From a plasmid: a stretch of DNA of 64,000 nt. Position 1 is the stretch's first letter; each line of letters begins with the position of its first letter. The position numbers and the translations under genes were made by a program. The notes beneath the pieces are model-generated. The model was not told the origin of the DNA. It made no database searches and saw only the letters and a list, made by a program, of their open reading frames with translations. The stretch lies in sequence record NZ_CP025492.2; one strand, given 5' to 3'. Positions 22,685 through 32,241 of this stretch are shown piece by piece.

Positions 22685-23935
22685 ATGCTTTATGCTGTAA
22701 GTAAAAAAGAGTTGGACTGCGAACAAAAGAGAAGCCTGAAGGACTTGTTGCTCAAAGATAACTCCTGGTATCACTATTTCCAGAAGTATAAAGACACGCT
22801 ACGCCATGAGGTTTTGGAAACAATCTCGAACATTTTAAGTTGCGGGAGCACCTTGCGAGGATTTTCCTGTTATGACTGCCCCAACCCTAAATGCACTCAT
22901 AGCAAAAAAGTTGCGTTTACCTGCCATAATCGGTTTTGCTCGAAGTGTGGGAAGAAAGCCACCGAGAATTGGATAAGCAAACAAATTCATCTGTTACCCA
23001 GTTGTGACTGGCAGCATATTACGTTTACGATGCCACGGGAATTATGGAGGTTTTTCAAAGAAAACTGGATTTTGTTAGGTTGGCTGCTGCCAGTAGCAGC
23101 TTCTATTTTGCTGCGGTTAGCGAGTCATAAAGGAGTCTTACCCGGAATGTTTGCAGCGCTTCATAGCTTTGGCTGAGATTTAAAGTTCAATCCGCACGTG
23201 CATATCTCGACTACCCAAGGAGGGATAAATGATAAAGAGACACGTTTTGTCACGTTCTACTTCAAAAAGAAAGTGATTATGGAGATGTGGCGTTATCGTG
23301 TGATACAGATGTTGAAAAAAGCCTATAGAGAAGGAGTTCTTGTTCTTCCTGAAGTATTAAATGCCCTATGCCCGACACAGGGTCATTTTAGCGCTTGGCT
23401 CAATCGTAGACTCAACAAACCGTGGATAGTTCATGTGGCCAAACCACAAAAAAACCCACAGGCGTCAATTAATTATCTTGGGCGTTATATTCGTAGGCCA
23501 CCGATTGGCCACAGCAGGTTACGGCATTACAATGGCCAAAATGTAACCTTTAACTTCCTGAATCATAAGACGAATCAACACGAAGATTTTCACTGCTCTA
23601 CGGAGGAGTTTATCCGTAGACTGGTACAACATATCCCTAAAAAGCATTTCAGGATGTTGCGCTATTATGGATTTCTTGTAAATAGAGTACGGAGAGAGAA
23701 ATTACCATTAGTTCGTGCTTTATTGGGGTAAGAACCTGAGCCCAAAACCTACAATCTCAAATACCCATAGTTGATGCAAAAGACCTTTGGGATTAATCCT
23801 AAGGAATGCATTCTATGTCATAGCGAAATGGAACTTGCTTATCGCAAAATTGGTGCTAACGCTGCGTTTTTTATGAAAATCACGAGAAACTGGCACAAAG
23901 AAAAAGGCTGGTTGCATAGGCGTTCCCAGGATAGA
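22685..23935 (+). pseudogene. IS91-family (rolling-circle, HUH) transposase remnant, split by frameshifts
   Basis: The N-terminal zinc-finger region (CPNPKC...CHNRFCSKCG) lies in ORF 22685-23176, and the C-terminal region (YLGRYIRRPPI...MLRYYGFL) in ORF 23198-23731. The tail (CILCHSEME) continues to about 23935 in another frame. Confidence 0.6.
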
Positions 23936-24089
23936 TCTATCTAAAATTTGGAATTATTTTATAACTTTAAGCGTATTGACTTAATTTAATCCGACATAGT
24001 GTGTCTCGAAATAGCATCCAGTGTCACCTTAGCACCTTGGTTGTTTATATTTTACCAACACTCCTGTCCCGATTTAACATTGAGATTCC

Positions 24090-24489
24090 TAAGTATGAAC
24101 AACAATTTGATTTTGTCTTATTCAATACAGTATTGTGTTTTTTGAATTTACCTTTAGTAGCACTTCTTGAAGCAAAACGGGTTTTAAAGCCCAATGGTAA
24201 GCTTATTATTGGTATGATTGATAAACATTCGATGATTGGACAGCAATATGAGGCCACCAAGCAAGATAATCTGTTTTATCGATACGCTCATTTTTATTCG
24301 GTACAGGAGGTCTTTGAATTGCTTCATGAAATTAATTTTAAAGAAGAAGCAATTTATCAAACTTTATTCTCTCCTGTTGATACTATATTAACGCCAGAGG
24401 AGAGTAAACCAGGCTATGGGGAAGGAGGGTTTGTTGTTCTTTCTGCTTATGTTAAACCCAATCGATTTTCCTATTTAGATTTTATTTGA
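24090..24489 (+). pseudogene. C-terminal fragment of a class I SAM-dependent methyltransferase (Methyltransf_11-like), 5'-truncated
   Basis: Only the post-motif-II region (FDFVLFNTVL...AKRVLKPNGKLIIG) is present and the GxGxG motif is absent. It lies immediately downstream of the IS91 remnant. Confidence 0.5.
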
Positions 24490-24926
24490 TAGACGTTCTA
24501 GTTAAATCAAGTAAGCCGATAATTGAGCAAACTATTTAAAATTTAATTACTCTGTATATTAAGATTGATTTTCTTAACAGTTACACTAGGAAAACTCTAA
24601 TTTGCAGTGGCGTTGAGATAAATTACCTATTTTTTAAATTGCCTGATTGCTTGATGAGTTCTCCCGACTTGCTATCAATTTTTCTTGGATTCAAGATGTG
24701 CTTTATGAGTTTCACCCAGAATTTCAAATGTTTCTTTTATTACATACAGAGCACCTTTCTATCTGCTCCGATAGCAGCTTGATAGCATTCGCAACCCATG
24801 TCATTTCCTTTTAAGTGGTTGCTTAGAATCCTTATCAGTCTCTCTGGTATTGGTGCAAGGTTATTTTATGAGTTCATGACAGAATAACGGCGTAACATTA
24901 AAGGTTTGGAGTAGATTAAGTTTTAA

Positions 24927-25247
24927 TCAAAGGCATAAAACTTGTCGTAACCCATCATCCAAGGCATTTAAATCTTTATCTGAAAGGTTTCCTGCCACTT
25001 TTTTTAAACGACTTTTATCAATCGTTCTTATTTGATCACAAACTGCGGTAACTTGTTTGCCAAGACAAGAAACAGTGATGGTAATTGGTGGTCTGGCTGT
25101 AGCAGAGCTTGAAAGAGGAACGACGACAACAGTGCGTCTTGCTTGATTAATCGGTGTTGCTCCAACTAAAACGCAAGGTCTGAGTTTGTTGATTTCAGAG
25201 CCTGTAGTAGGGTCGAGGTTTACCCAATATACATCACCACGATTCAT
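24927..25247 (-). CDS. mazF: MazF/PemK(Kid)-family endoribonuclease toxin
   Basis: Sequence (GDVYWVNLDPTTGSEINKLRPCVLV...VVVVPLSS) matches the family. It overlaps the upstream antitoxin gene by 14 nt. Confidence 0.8.
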   Translation of the reverse strand: MNRGDVYWVNLDPTTGSEINKLRPCVLVGATPINQARRTVVVVPLSSSATARPPITITVSCLGKQVTAVCDQIRTIDKSRLKKVAGNLSDKDLNALDDGLRQVLCL

Positions 25248-25479
25248 CAGTTAATCCATCTTGAACCGTTATATCCCAATCGTTCATTTCATTTTGTAAA
25301 CCATGATCATTTTCAACAGCTAAAGCGCATTCATAGAGCGCTTTTTCACGTCGTTCAATTTCTTTTTCAATAAGATGAGCAATCACCTTGCTGCGTTGTC
25401 GCTGAGGTATTGCTGCTCTCATTCTAGAAGCGATTTGATCGGGTATTGATATTAAAACTTTATTCATCATTATCTCCAT
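25234..25479 (-). CDS. RHH/MazE-like antitoxin of the MazF pair
   Basis: 81 aa with an N-terminal beta-strand and helices (KVLISIPDQIASRMRAAI), in a classic antitoxin-toxin overlap. Confidence 0.6.
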   Translation of the reverse strand: MEIMMNKVLISIPDQIASRMRAAIPQRQRSKVIAHLIEKEIERREKALYECALAVENDHGLQNEMNDWDITVQDGLTDESW

Positions 25480-25575
25480 CTATATATAATATAATATATC
25501 CTATATCTAAAGACAAATTATTCTGATTGTGGAAAATAATTATTCTCTTTTTTTATAATTGGAAGGTGGTACTCG

Positions 25576-26013
25576 TTAAAAAATAAGCAGCATTTGCTGA
25601 GAGTCCTGAGATTGGGATTGAATGGTTGAGTTTTGATTCAGCAATGATCGAACTTGCTTTTTCCGAGGTCTCTTTTTCATAGGTGCTGGATCCTCCATAA
25701 AGCAGGCCCATGGTAGTATTTGTTGGTATAGAACATCATGGGTTTGATAAGAGATCAGATAATAACCGCGTTGGTTTCGTTCTTTCACCATGACGCAAAA
25801 GTGCTTCAAGGCATCAGAAAAACTTGCAAAGGCAATAATATGGCTTTGCCCAAATCTGGACTTGATACGTCCATTGGATGCGCAGAGTGTCCAGTCACCC
25901 AATAAATCCTGTTCCAGGCGAATGACGTAATAGCGCGTTGCCTTTTCAAAACGGACGGCATGATAACATTCCTTGGGTTTAAAATTAAGGTAATGAACCC
26001 ATGGCAGGGTGGT
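25576..26013 (-). CDS. WGR-domain protein. No in-frame ATG start; uses a TTG/GTG start or is N-truncated.
   Basis: The frame is open from immediately after the recombinase stop. It has a WGR-like signature (ATRYYVIRLEQDLLGDWTLCASNGRIKSRFGQ...KERNQRGYY). Confidence 0.45.
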   Translation of the reverse strand, partial: TTLPWVHYLNFKPKECYHAVRFEKATRYYVIRLEQDLLGDWTLCASNGRIKSRFGQSHIIAFASFSDALKHFCVMVKERNQRGYYLISYQTHDVLYQQILPWACFMEDPAPMKKRPRKKQVRSLLNQNSTIQSQSQDSQQMLLIF

Positions 26014-26028
26014 GAACCAGGGGAATCA

Positions 26029-26928
26029 TCACCAAGATTTACCGGTTGCAGGTTCCGTGATACTCATTTCTGTAAATCCATTGCGACAGCCGGCAATCGA
26101 TTCGGCTTCATGCATTAAGTCATAGATAGTTTCATCCAGATCCTTATCACTGGTATAGGGAATTTTAAGACTGTATTCCCATCCATCCTTGTCTTTTTTC
26201 ACCATATCAAAGGCTGAAAAGCAGTATTGCTCGATTTGCCGCCTGGATTCATTTTTTCCACGCACAAACTTATTGTTGTTTTCTACGCGCAGCCAAACTT
26301 CAACCACGGCAATTTTTTGAGTTCCCTGGCTGCCTGGAATTGATTTTTCTGGATTATCCTGTCGTTGGGTTTTAAGAATACGATAAACACTGGCAATACC
26401 CATATTAAGTTTTTTAGCAATAGCGGTGCGTGTGTATCCCTGATTGATTAACTCCATGACCTCATTAGTTTTTGAGCGTGCTGTGGGTTTTCTCCCTTTG
26501 TATTTGCCTTCGCGTTTTGCGCGCTCAATACCTTCCAGTTGCCGCTCACGGCGAAGGTTGGTTTCAAACTCAGCAAAGACACCCAGCATATCCAAAAAGA
26601 ATTTACCTGAGGCATTAGAGGTATCCACAGGTTGCTCCAATGCTTTTAGGTGGATCTCTTTCTCTTTTAAATAATGCAGTAAAGTCTGTAAATCCAGAAT
26701 ACTGCGGGTTAAGCGGTCAATTCGTGTAACTACCAAGGTATCGCCTTCACGAATATACTCCATGCATTCATCCAGTGCGGTTCGGTTTTTTTTTGAAGTA
26801 CCACTTTTTTTCTCGGAAAAGATCTTTTTACATCCAGCGCATTTTAAAGCATCAAGTTGAATGTCCAAATTTTGGTCAATTGTAGATACGCGGGCATAAC
26901 CAACAAGCGCCATGAATTTTCCTATCAA
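26029..26928 (-). CDS. Serine recombinase (resolvase/invertase family) with about 110-aa C-terminal extension
   Basis: Catalytic domain (GYARVSTIDQNLDIQ, Ser nucleophile) and HTH (GYTRTAIAKKLNMGIASVYRI), followed by an extra tail of unknown function. Confidence 0.85.
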   Translation of the reverse strand: MIGKFMALVGYARVSTIDQNLDIQLDALKCAGCKKIFSEKKSGTSKKNRTALDECMEYIREGDTLVVTRIDRLTRSILDLQTLLHYLKEKEIHLKALEQPVDTSNASGKFFLDMLGVFAEFETNLRRERQLEGIERAKREGKYKGRKPTARSKTNEVMELINQGYTRTAIAKKLNMGIASVYRILKTQRQDNPEKSIPGSQGTQKIAVVEVWLRVENNNKFVRGKNESRRQIEQYCFSAFDMVKKDKDGWEYSLKIPYTSDKDLDETIYDLMHEAESIAGCRNGFTEMSITEPATGKSW

Positions 26929-27050
26929 TAATATTTAAAATTAGTGATAGTACATTATCATAAATAAAAATCAGATTCTATTGATATGAAAAACAAGGGA
27001 TTTAAAGGCAAGGCAAAATTTATCACAAGGGTGTACTTTATTGATAGCCC
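26920..27050. promoter_or_regulatory. Candidate res/recombinase-binding region with repeated TATTGATA/TGATA half-sites
   Basis: TATCAATA (26923-26930), TGATAgtacatTATCA (26945-26960), TATTGATA (26979-26986) and TATTGATA (27039-27046) lie directly upstream of the recombinase start. Confidence 0.35.
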
Positions 27051-27110
27051 ATATAAAATAGAAAAATTGAAAATGTAATGCATTTGTTATACAATTAAAA
27101 TATCAGTATT

Positions 27111-27386
27111 TTGGGAGTTACTAAGATGAATAAGGCGGCAACAATTAATGCTCGTATTGAGCCTGCTCTTAAAATGCAGGCAGAAGCGATTTTGCATAAG
27201 GTAGGCTTATCTACAGCCGAGGCGATTCGACTGTTCTATAGCCAGGTCTGTCTCCAAAATGGCCTGCCTTTTGAGGTAAAAATACCGAACAAAGAGACAA
27301 GAGAGGCCATGGCAGAGCTGGAATCAGGAAAAGGCGAGCGATTTAAAACAATGAAGGATGTATGGGATTCTGTAGATAATGCTTGA
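27111..27386 (+). CDS. dinJ: DinJ/RelB-family antitoxin
   Basis: RHH N-terminus (AATINARIEPALKMQAEAIL). It overlaps the downstream yafQ-like gene by 8 nt. Confidence 0.7.
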   Translation: MGVTKMNKAATINARIEPALKMQAEAILHKVGLSTAEAIRLFYSQVCLQNGLPFEVKIPNKETREAMAELESGKGERFKTMKDVWDSVDNA

Positions 27387-27660
27387 ATTAGAGTTGGCGA
27401 CACAGTTTAAGCGTGATTTGAAAAAGATTACGAAGCAAGGGAAAAGAAGGACGCTCTTAGACTCTATTGTAGAGCAATTGCAAAAGGAAGAACCCCTGGA
27501 TCCAAAGCATAAGGATCACAGTCTTTCCGTAAATTGGGATGGTTATCGTGAATGTCACATTACCCCCGATTGGTTATTAATTTATAAGACCATTAAAGAT
27601 GATCGCATACAATTGCTGCGATTATCACGAACAGGATCACATAGTGATTTGTTTGGGTGA
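27379..27660 (+). CDS. yafQ: YafQ/RelE-family mRNA interferase toxin
   Basis: YafQ signature (FKRDLKK...DPKHKDHSLSVNWDGYRECHITPDWLLIYK). Confidence 0.75.
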   Translation: MLELELATQFKRDLKKITKQGKRRTLLDSIVEQLQKEEPLDPKHKDHSLSVNWDGYRECHITPDWLLIYKTIKDDRIQLLRLSRTGSHSDLFG

Positions 27661-27839
27661 GTTCTAAAGGTGTTACTCTCTGTCGCAATACCGATCTCTA
27701 TGGAATACGAATTAATCGAGATGATCTTTATTTTGAGATAAGCCGATACTTGTTCAACCAATTCAAAGGTTAGTAAAATAATCCCAACAAGTATTCTATC
27801 GAAATGCTGATTTTTATCTTTTTACCTAGTATGTAGTGC

Positions 27840-30338
27840 TCAGGTTTTTTTTGTTTTAAAAGCAGTTGTATAGTTGGCGATAATATCATTAGCCTCTAAC
27901 TTGTATTGTGCCAGATGTTGTTTGACAGCTTGACTGTCTTCAAACTTATTTTCAGTGGCTATAGATCGTATAAATTTACGGGCGTTATTAACTAGCTTTT
28001 CTAATAAGCTCTTATTTATTATTTTTATATTGTTACTTGGAGGACACGCATACTCAAAACAAGTAGATAAATGAATCATAATAGGTACACATTTAGCACC
28101 ATTGCCATAATTATTATTAAACCAAATTTCAGAACCATTCAGCTGATTACAATCGTGTTTGCAAATAAAATCGGTGGTTGCACCATTTTTACATTCAATA
28201 ACTAAAAATTTTAAATCATCCAACAGCCAGAGATTATCTGGTCCTTTTCCATAATCATTTTCGGGGCGTTGGCCTATAAAGCCAAGAAGGTATGCTAACT
28301 CGTTAAAAGCATCCTCAAATATATTTGCAGTACCTTCACTAAATATAAGTTTTGAAAATACTCCCTCTGTATAGATAATAAGTTTGTTTCCATCTTTAAA
28401 TTTGTCTTTTAAATAGGTAGAACATCGTATTGCTTGTGATCCTGTATGGGTTTTTAATGGTTTATAACTGATGCCTTCGATTGGTTTAAGAACTCTCAAA
28501 TTATCAGAAATAGCGGATAGTTGGGTTTTTTGCGATTCCACCTTATCGTACTTGTTTATATACTCCGACATGTATTGTTTTAATACGCCTTTTAATAAAA
28601 GATCATCGGTTGAGTTATTGATTTCATGTAAAATTCTGTTTGCTGCTTCTTGTGGTTTCCCTGAGCGATCTAAATCGTAAGCTTCTCTTAAAGCGATTTT
28701 TATTGAGTCAGATGTATTTTTATTGGAGTAATTTAGGTTAGCCATAATACCTCTACTTAACTCAACCCATTGCGGGTCTCTTTTTAGACAGTAGTTTATT
28801 ACGGATCTAATTTCCTCAACTCCTTTATCTTTTATTTGATCTGCTACCCTTTCTGACAATTCTAGTTGAGCCTTTGTCGCCGGTGAAAATAGTTCTAAAG
28901 TTTCGCCCGTATAAAGCTGAGAAGTAAGATCTTTTCCCATAAGAAAAATGACGCAATAATCATCATTAGATCTAACACCTCTCCCCATCCCCTGTTCTAC
29001 TTTATGAACGATTTGATTTACTTTGTTCGAACTACCCGCAAGCTCGCTCTGGCGAATTTTATCAATATTATTTCGAGCGGCTGGTAATCCATCTATAACT
29101 AACAATCGACAAGCATTTTCGGGCAAATCAATCCCATCATATTTGTTAACTAAAATTGTTAAGCCAATATGAGTTGTTTTAAGTTGTTCAACTCCTTGAA
29201 GGATAGTGTCTTTTTTTAAAATGAGATCAGCTGCATCCTCCCAAAACTCCAATCGTTTGTTAGATGGGACAATAACTACCACGTTATATTCTTTGGATAA
29301 TTTCAAACATAATTCTTTAACATCACTATCAAACATATTTGTGTTGAGAGCTTGTGGTAATAGGATTAATCGATCACCTACATCTCCCGCTGAATCTGGA
29401 GTGATAGGGTTATTAAGATATTGAGAGCTAACACCAAAATGGGTCGTTAAGACGCTATCGTCTGATAATGTCGCGGTCATAAATATTTTTCTTGATGCAT
29501 TACTAATAGAAGGAATCACATCAATTGGAATACAATTACTAGTAATTTCAATGGAATGCTTACTAATAACGCAACTGCATCGCTCTAAATTTTCTTTTAT
29601 TAATGGCCATTTAAATTTTATGTCTTCATGATTTTTGTTTTCAATTAAAACCTGCATTACCTTACTTAGATTTTCTTGCCAGTTCCAATATGGGATCAGA
29701 ATGTAAGCAAAGGGGTCTCCCGCTTCAATCTCCAAATATTTTGCTTCCGACTGCCTTTTCATTGCTTCTTCAAAAAGACTAAATAATTTTTTATATGCTG
29801 GGTTAGATGATGACACGTTCAAAGTGAATTGTTCTTCGACTGTGTTTACGCACGCATGAGCATCATCAATAAGGAGTGTCTTAATGGGTATTTTTGCTCC
29901 CTCATCGCCAACACCAAATACTGATTTCCCGTTAATTAATTTATATATATTAGTTACTAGAATTGCTTTTCCTTTTAAAAAACTCTCATTTTCAGGGTTA
30001 TCAACGGCATTTAATCCAAGATCTTTGGCTTCGGATAACACTTGTTCTACTAAAAAATTATCTGGAACTATATAAACTACAGGCCCTTTCTTCTCATTCA
30101 AGCAACTTTTTAAAATTAAAAGGCCAACCACTGTTTTACCGCCACCAGTATTCATTTTTATAACCAGGTTGCGTTCTTCTTTGCGGTCAAACCATTTGCT
30201 CCATACTTGAGATTGCACATCGCGGGGGTAATGGAATTTGTTTGGTTTTTTATTTGGTAAGGCGCTAAAAATTTCTCTTGGCTTTAAGACTGTATCAACA
30301 GTTTGTCCTGTACTCAGTTTGGAAAAATCTAATGCCAT
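27840..30338 (-). CDS. SF2 (DEAD/DEAH-like) helicase fused to a C-terminal PD-(D/E)xK-like nuclease domain. Candidate anti-phage helicase-nuclease (Hna-like / fused HamAB-like / orphan Res-like).
   Basis: Helicase motifs I (NTGGGKT), II (LIDDAHAC), III (MTATLS) and VI (QGMGRGVRS) are present. The C-terminal 150 aa carry a restriction-endonuclease-like motif (GPDNLWLLDDLKFLVIECKNG). It is the last gene of a higB-higA-helicase operon, with a 48-bp gap after higA. Confidence 0.75.
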   Translation of the reverse strand: MALDFSKLSTGQTVDTVLKPREIFSALPNKKPNKFHYPRDVQSQVWSKWFDRKEERNLVIKMNTGGGKTVVGLLILKSCLNEKKGPVVYIVPDNFLVEQVLSEAKDLGLNAVDNPENESFLKGKAILVTNIYKLINGKSVFGVGDEGAKIPIKTLLIDDAHACVNTVEEQFTLNVSSSNPAYKKLFSLFEEAMKRQSEAKYLEIEAGDPFAYILIPYWNWQENLSKVMQVLIENKNHEDIKFKWPLIKENLERCSCVISKHSIEITSNCIPIDVIPSISNASRKIFMTATLSDDSVLTTHFGVSSQYLNNPITPDSAGDVGDRLILLPQALNTNMFDSDVKELCLKLSKEYNVVVIVPSNKRLEFWEDAADLILKKDTILQGVEQLKTTHIGLTILVNKYDGIDLPENACRLLVIDGLPAARNNIDKIRQSELAGSSNKVNQIVHKVEQGMGRGVRSNDDYCVIFLMGKDLTSQLYTGETLELFSPATKAQLELSERVADQIKDKGVEEIRSVINYCLKRDPQWVELSRGIMANLNYSNKNTSDSIKIALREAYDLDRSGKPQEAANRILHEINNSTDDLLLKGVLKQYMSEYINKYDKVESQKTQLSAISDNLRVLKPIEGISYKPLKTHTGSQAIRCSTYLKDKFKDGNKLIIYTEGVFSKLIFSEGTANIFEDAFNELAYLLGFIGQRPENDYGKGPDNLWLLDDLKFLVIECKNGATTDFICKHDCNQLNGSEIWFNNNYGNGAKCVPIMIHLSTCFEYACPPSNNIKIINKSLLEKLVNNARKFIRSIATENKFEDSQAVKQHLAQYKLEANDIIANYTTAFKTKKT

Positions 30339-30386
30339 TTTATATCCTTTAAAAAGTACTGTTATTTGATGTTGGCCAAATGTTTA

Positions 30387-30677
30387 TTAGGCTTGTAATT
30401 GCAATTTTAAGTGCATGTTGAGCGCATCAGCGACCTTTACCAACGTTTCTAATGAGGGAATAAAGGAGCTATTGCCGCTTTCAAGACGAGAAATAACCGA
30501 TTGCTTGGTTCCAATTTTATTGGCCAACTCGGATTGAGTCATATGCCGCTTTTTACGGGCATTCACAATCATGACGGCAATGTTATTAATGATTTGCTCA
30601 CGCTCATAGTGCTTGGCAAATTCTTCGTCCTTATTGATTTTGTCGTCAATAAACTCATTTAAGGTAAGTGCTTTCAT
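30387..30677 (-). CDS. higA: XRE-family HTH antitoxin (HigA-like)
   Basis: HTH (MTQSELANKIGTKQSVISRLESG). It overlaps the toxin gene by 23 nt. Confidence 0.75.
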   Translation of the reverse strand: MKALTLNEFIDDKINKDEEFAKHYEREQIINNIAVMIVNARKKRHMTQSELANKIGTKQSVISRLESGNSSFIPSLETLVKVADALNMHLKLQLQA

Positions 30678-31008
30678 GGTCGTATACCTCCATCATTCGT
30701 TTTTCAGCCAGTTCAATTTCTTGCTTTGGCGCTTTTTGTGACTGCTTTTTGTAAGCATGTAAAAGAACAATGATTTCCTTTTGAATACACACATAAAAAA
30801 AACGATAACCACTGCGTGATGTTTTAATCTTAATTTCCCAAAGCGAGCCTTTTATTTGCCTGAATTGTACCCTTGGGCTATCAAAACCAAGCTCTTCAAC
30901 ATTCTTTAAACAACCGGCAAGTCGCGCGATTTCATCGGATGGCAAATCATTTAGGAATTCCGCCACAGGGTTTTTGCCTGATTGTTTTTGGTAAAATTTT
31001 ATTCTCAT
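30655..31008 (-). CDS. higB: RelE/ParE-superfamily toxin (HigB-like, 'phage-derived protein Gp49-like')
   Basis: 117 aa (KNPVAEFLNDL...GSLWEIKIKTSRSGYRFFYVC) in toxin-first order with the XRE antitoxin. Confidence 0.7.
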   Translation of the reverse strand: MRIKFYQKQSGKNPVAEFLNDLPSDEIARLAGCLKNVEELGFDSPRVQFRQIKGSLWEIKIKTSRSGYRFFYVCIQKEIIVLLHAYKKQSQKAPKQEIELAEKRMMEVYDHESTYLK

Positions 31009-31046
31009 AGTAATTTATAGCATAAATGTGATATTTTGGAAAGTCT

Positions 31047-31865
31047 TTAACTAAAGTCTGTCATGGAATTTAGTTTGCTGCTTAACATTTCGGAGTTATT
31101 CAAAGACCCTAATTTATCGAGTAATTCCTTGATTGGCCTATTATTTTTTAGTGAAGGAGTCGCCCACAAAAACAAGATATCGTTATCAGATAATATTTTT
31201 TGCACAATATCTGGTTTTTCTTCCAGTAAAATCTCTATGGCACAAGATACTAACCATTTGGAGGTTGATAAATCACCTTTTGCGATTTCTTCAATGGTTT
31301 TCGGAGAAATACTTTTATCTTTATTAAAAAGGACTATGGATTTTTGGTGCAGTTTTTCTGATTTATTATGAATGGACAATAATTCAGAGAATACCGCTTG
31401 TATTTTTAAGGAAACATCCGATTTTACATTTTCAGATAGTCCGAGTTGATTAAGGAGCATCAGGGCTTGCTGCTTTTTGTCATCAGGAAGGCTTGCTGTC
31501 TTGATTTTAAGCTGCCCAATGGCTGCACTAATCATGGCATCATAAACATTTAAGTTGATGTCTTCCTCAGAGCATAGCTTGCTTATTTCATCTATAGTAC
31601 CTATAAAACTGTTGGGTAATTTGATTCTAAAATCTTTTTGTTCGGACAGAGCCTTTGTAGAAAAGTAATGCTCAATAGCCGACATATTGTTCATATAATG
31701 CTTTAATTCAATGGTTTCTTCTGGGCTTAATTTATTCCAGGCATCAAATTCATCACAGTTATTGGCTTGAAATGAACCATAGGTTGTTTTTTTATCTGCT
31801 GATTGCACATGAACTCTAGGGGGTTTATTCATGTTTGCCTTAACGGCAAATGATAATTTTTTCAT
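31047..31865 (-). CDS. Hypothetical protein (272 aa, helical). Possibly co-transcribed with higBA-helicase.
   Basis: ORF ending 38 bp upstream of higB, with no recognised domain. Confidence 0.4.
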   Translation of the reverse strand: MKKLSFAVKANMNKPPRVHVQSADKKTTYGSFQANNCDEFDAWNKLSPEETIELKHYMNNMSAIEHYFSTKALSEQKDFRIKLPNSFIGTIDEISKLCSEEDINLNVYDAMISAAIGQLKIKTASLPDDKKQQALMLLNQLGLSENVKSDVSLKIQAVFSELLSIHNKSEKLHQKSIVLFNKDKSISPKTIEEIAKGDLSTSKWLVSCAIEILLEEKPDIVQKILSDNDILFLWATPSLKNNRPIKELLDKLGSLNNSEMLSSKLNSMTDFS

Positions 31866-31917
31866 TAAATCACCTCAAATGATTTCTAGCCCCCAGCGAT
31901 TGGAGGCTGGATAAGGT

Positions 31918-32241
31918 TTAATATTTATAGTTTGGTATTCTTTCGATTATATTATCAATGAACTCAACGAGTTGATCGCAATAAACCCCTTCTATCGCCT
32001 CATATGCAGAAACAGGATGCTTAAGCATCTCTGGAACTGTTTTATTTGAATAAAAAGTAATGTTATACAAATCATGTGCCTCATCCAATGTGATGCATAC
32101 AAACCCATTGAGGCGGTGTGCATGAACTCGTATTGCAAGCATTGTATTGGATACTTTATACCATTTGGACACACCCCACGACCAGACGATCGCTTTATTT
32201 GTGTGCAGTAATTGGCGTTGGATAATTTCTGGAATAGTCAT
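31918..32241 (-). CDS. Hypothetical protein (107 aa)
   Basis: ORF in the same orientation, 52 bp upstream of the 272-aa ORF, with an RBS-like ggagaa upstream. Confidence 0.35.
   Translation of the reverse strand: MTIPEIIQRQLLHTNKAIVWSWGVSKWYKVSNTMLAIRVHAHRLNGFVCITLDEAHDLYNITFYSNKTVPEMLKHPVSAYEAIEGVYCDQLVEFIDNIIERIPNYKY

Noticed and set aside
27840-30338. Type III restriction Res subunit interpretation of the helicase-nuclease
   Set aside because: Res proteins share the N-helicase / C-nuclease layout. However, no Mod methyltransferase is adjacent, and the only methyltransferase fragment (24090-24489) is 3.4 kb away, broken and on the opposite strand. It is kept as an alternative hypothesis only.
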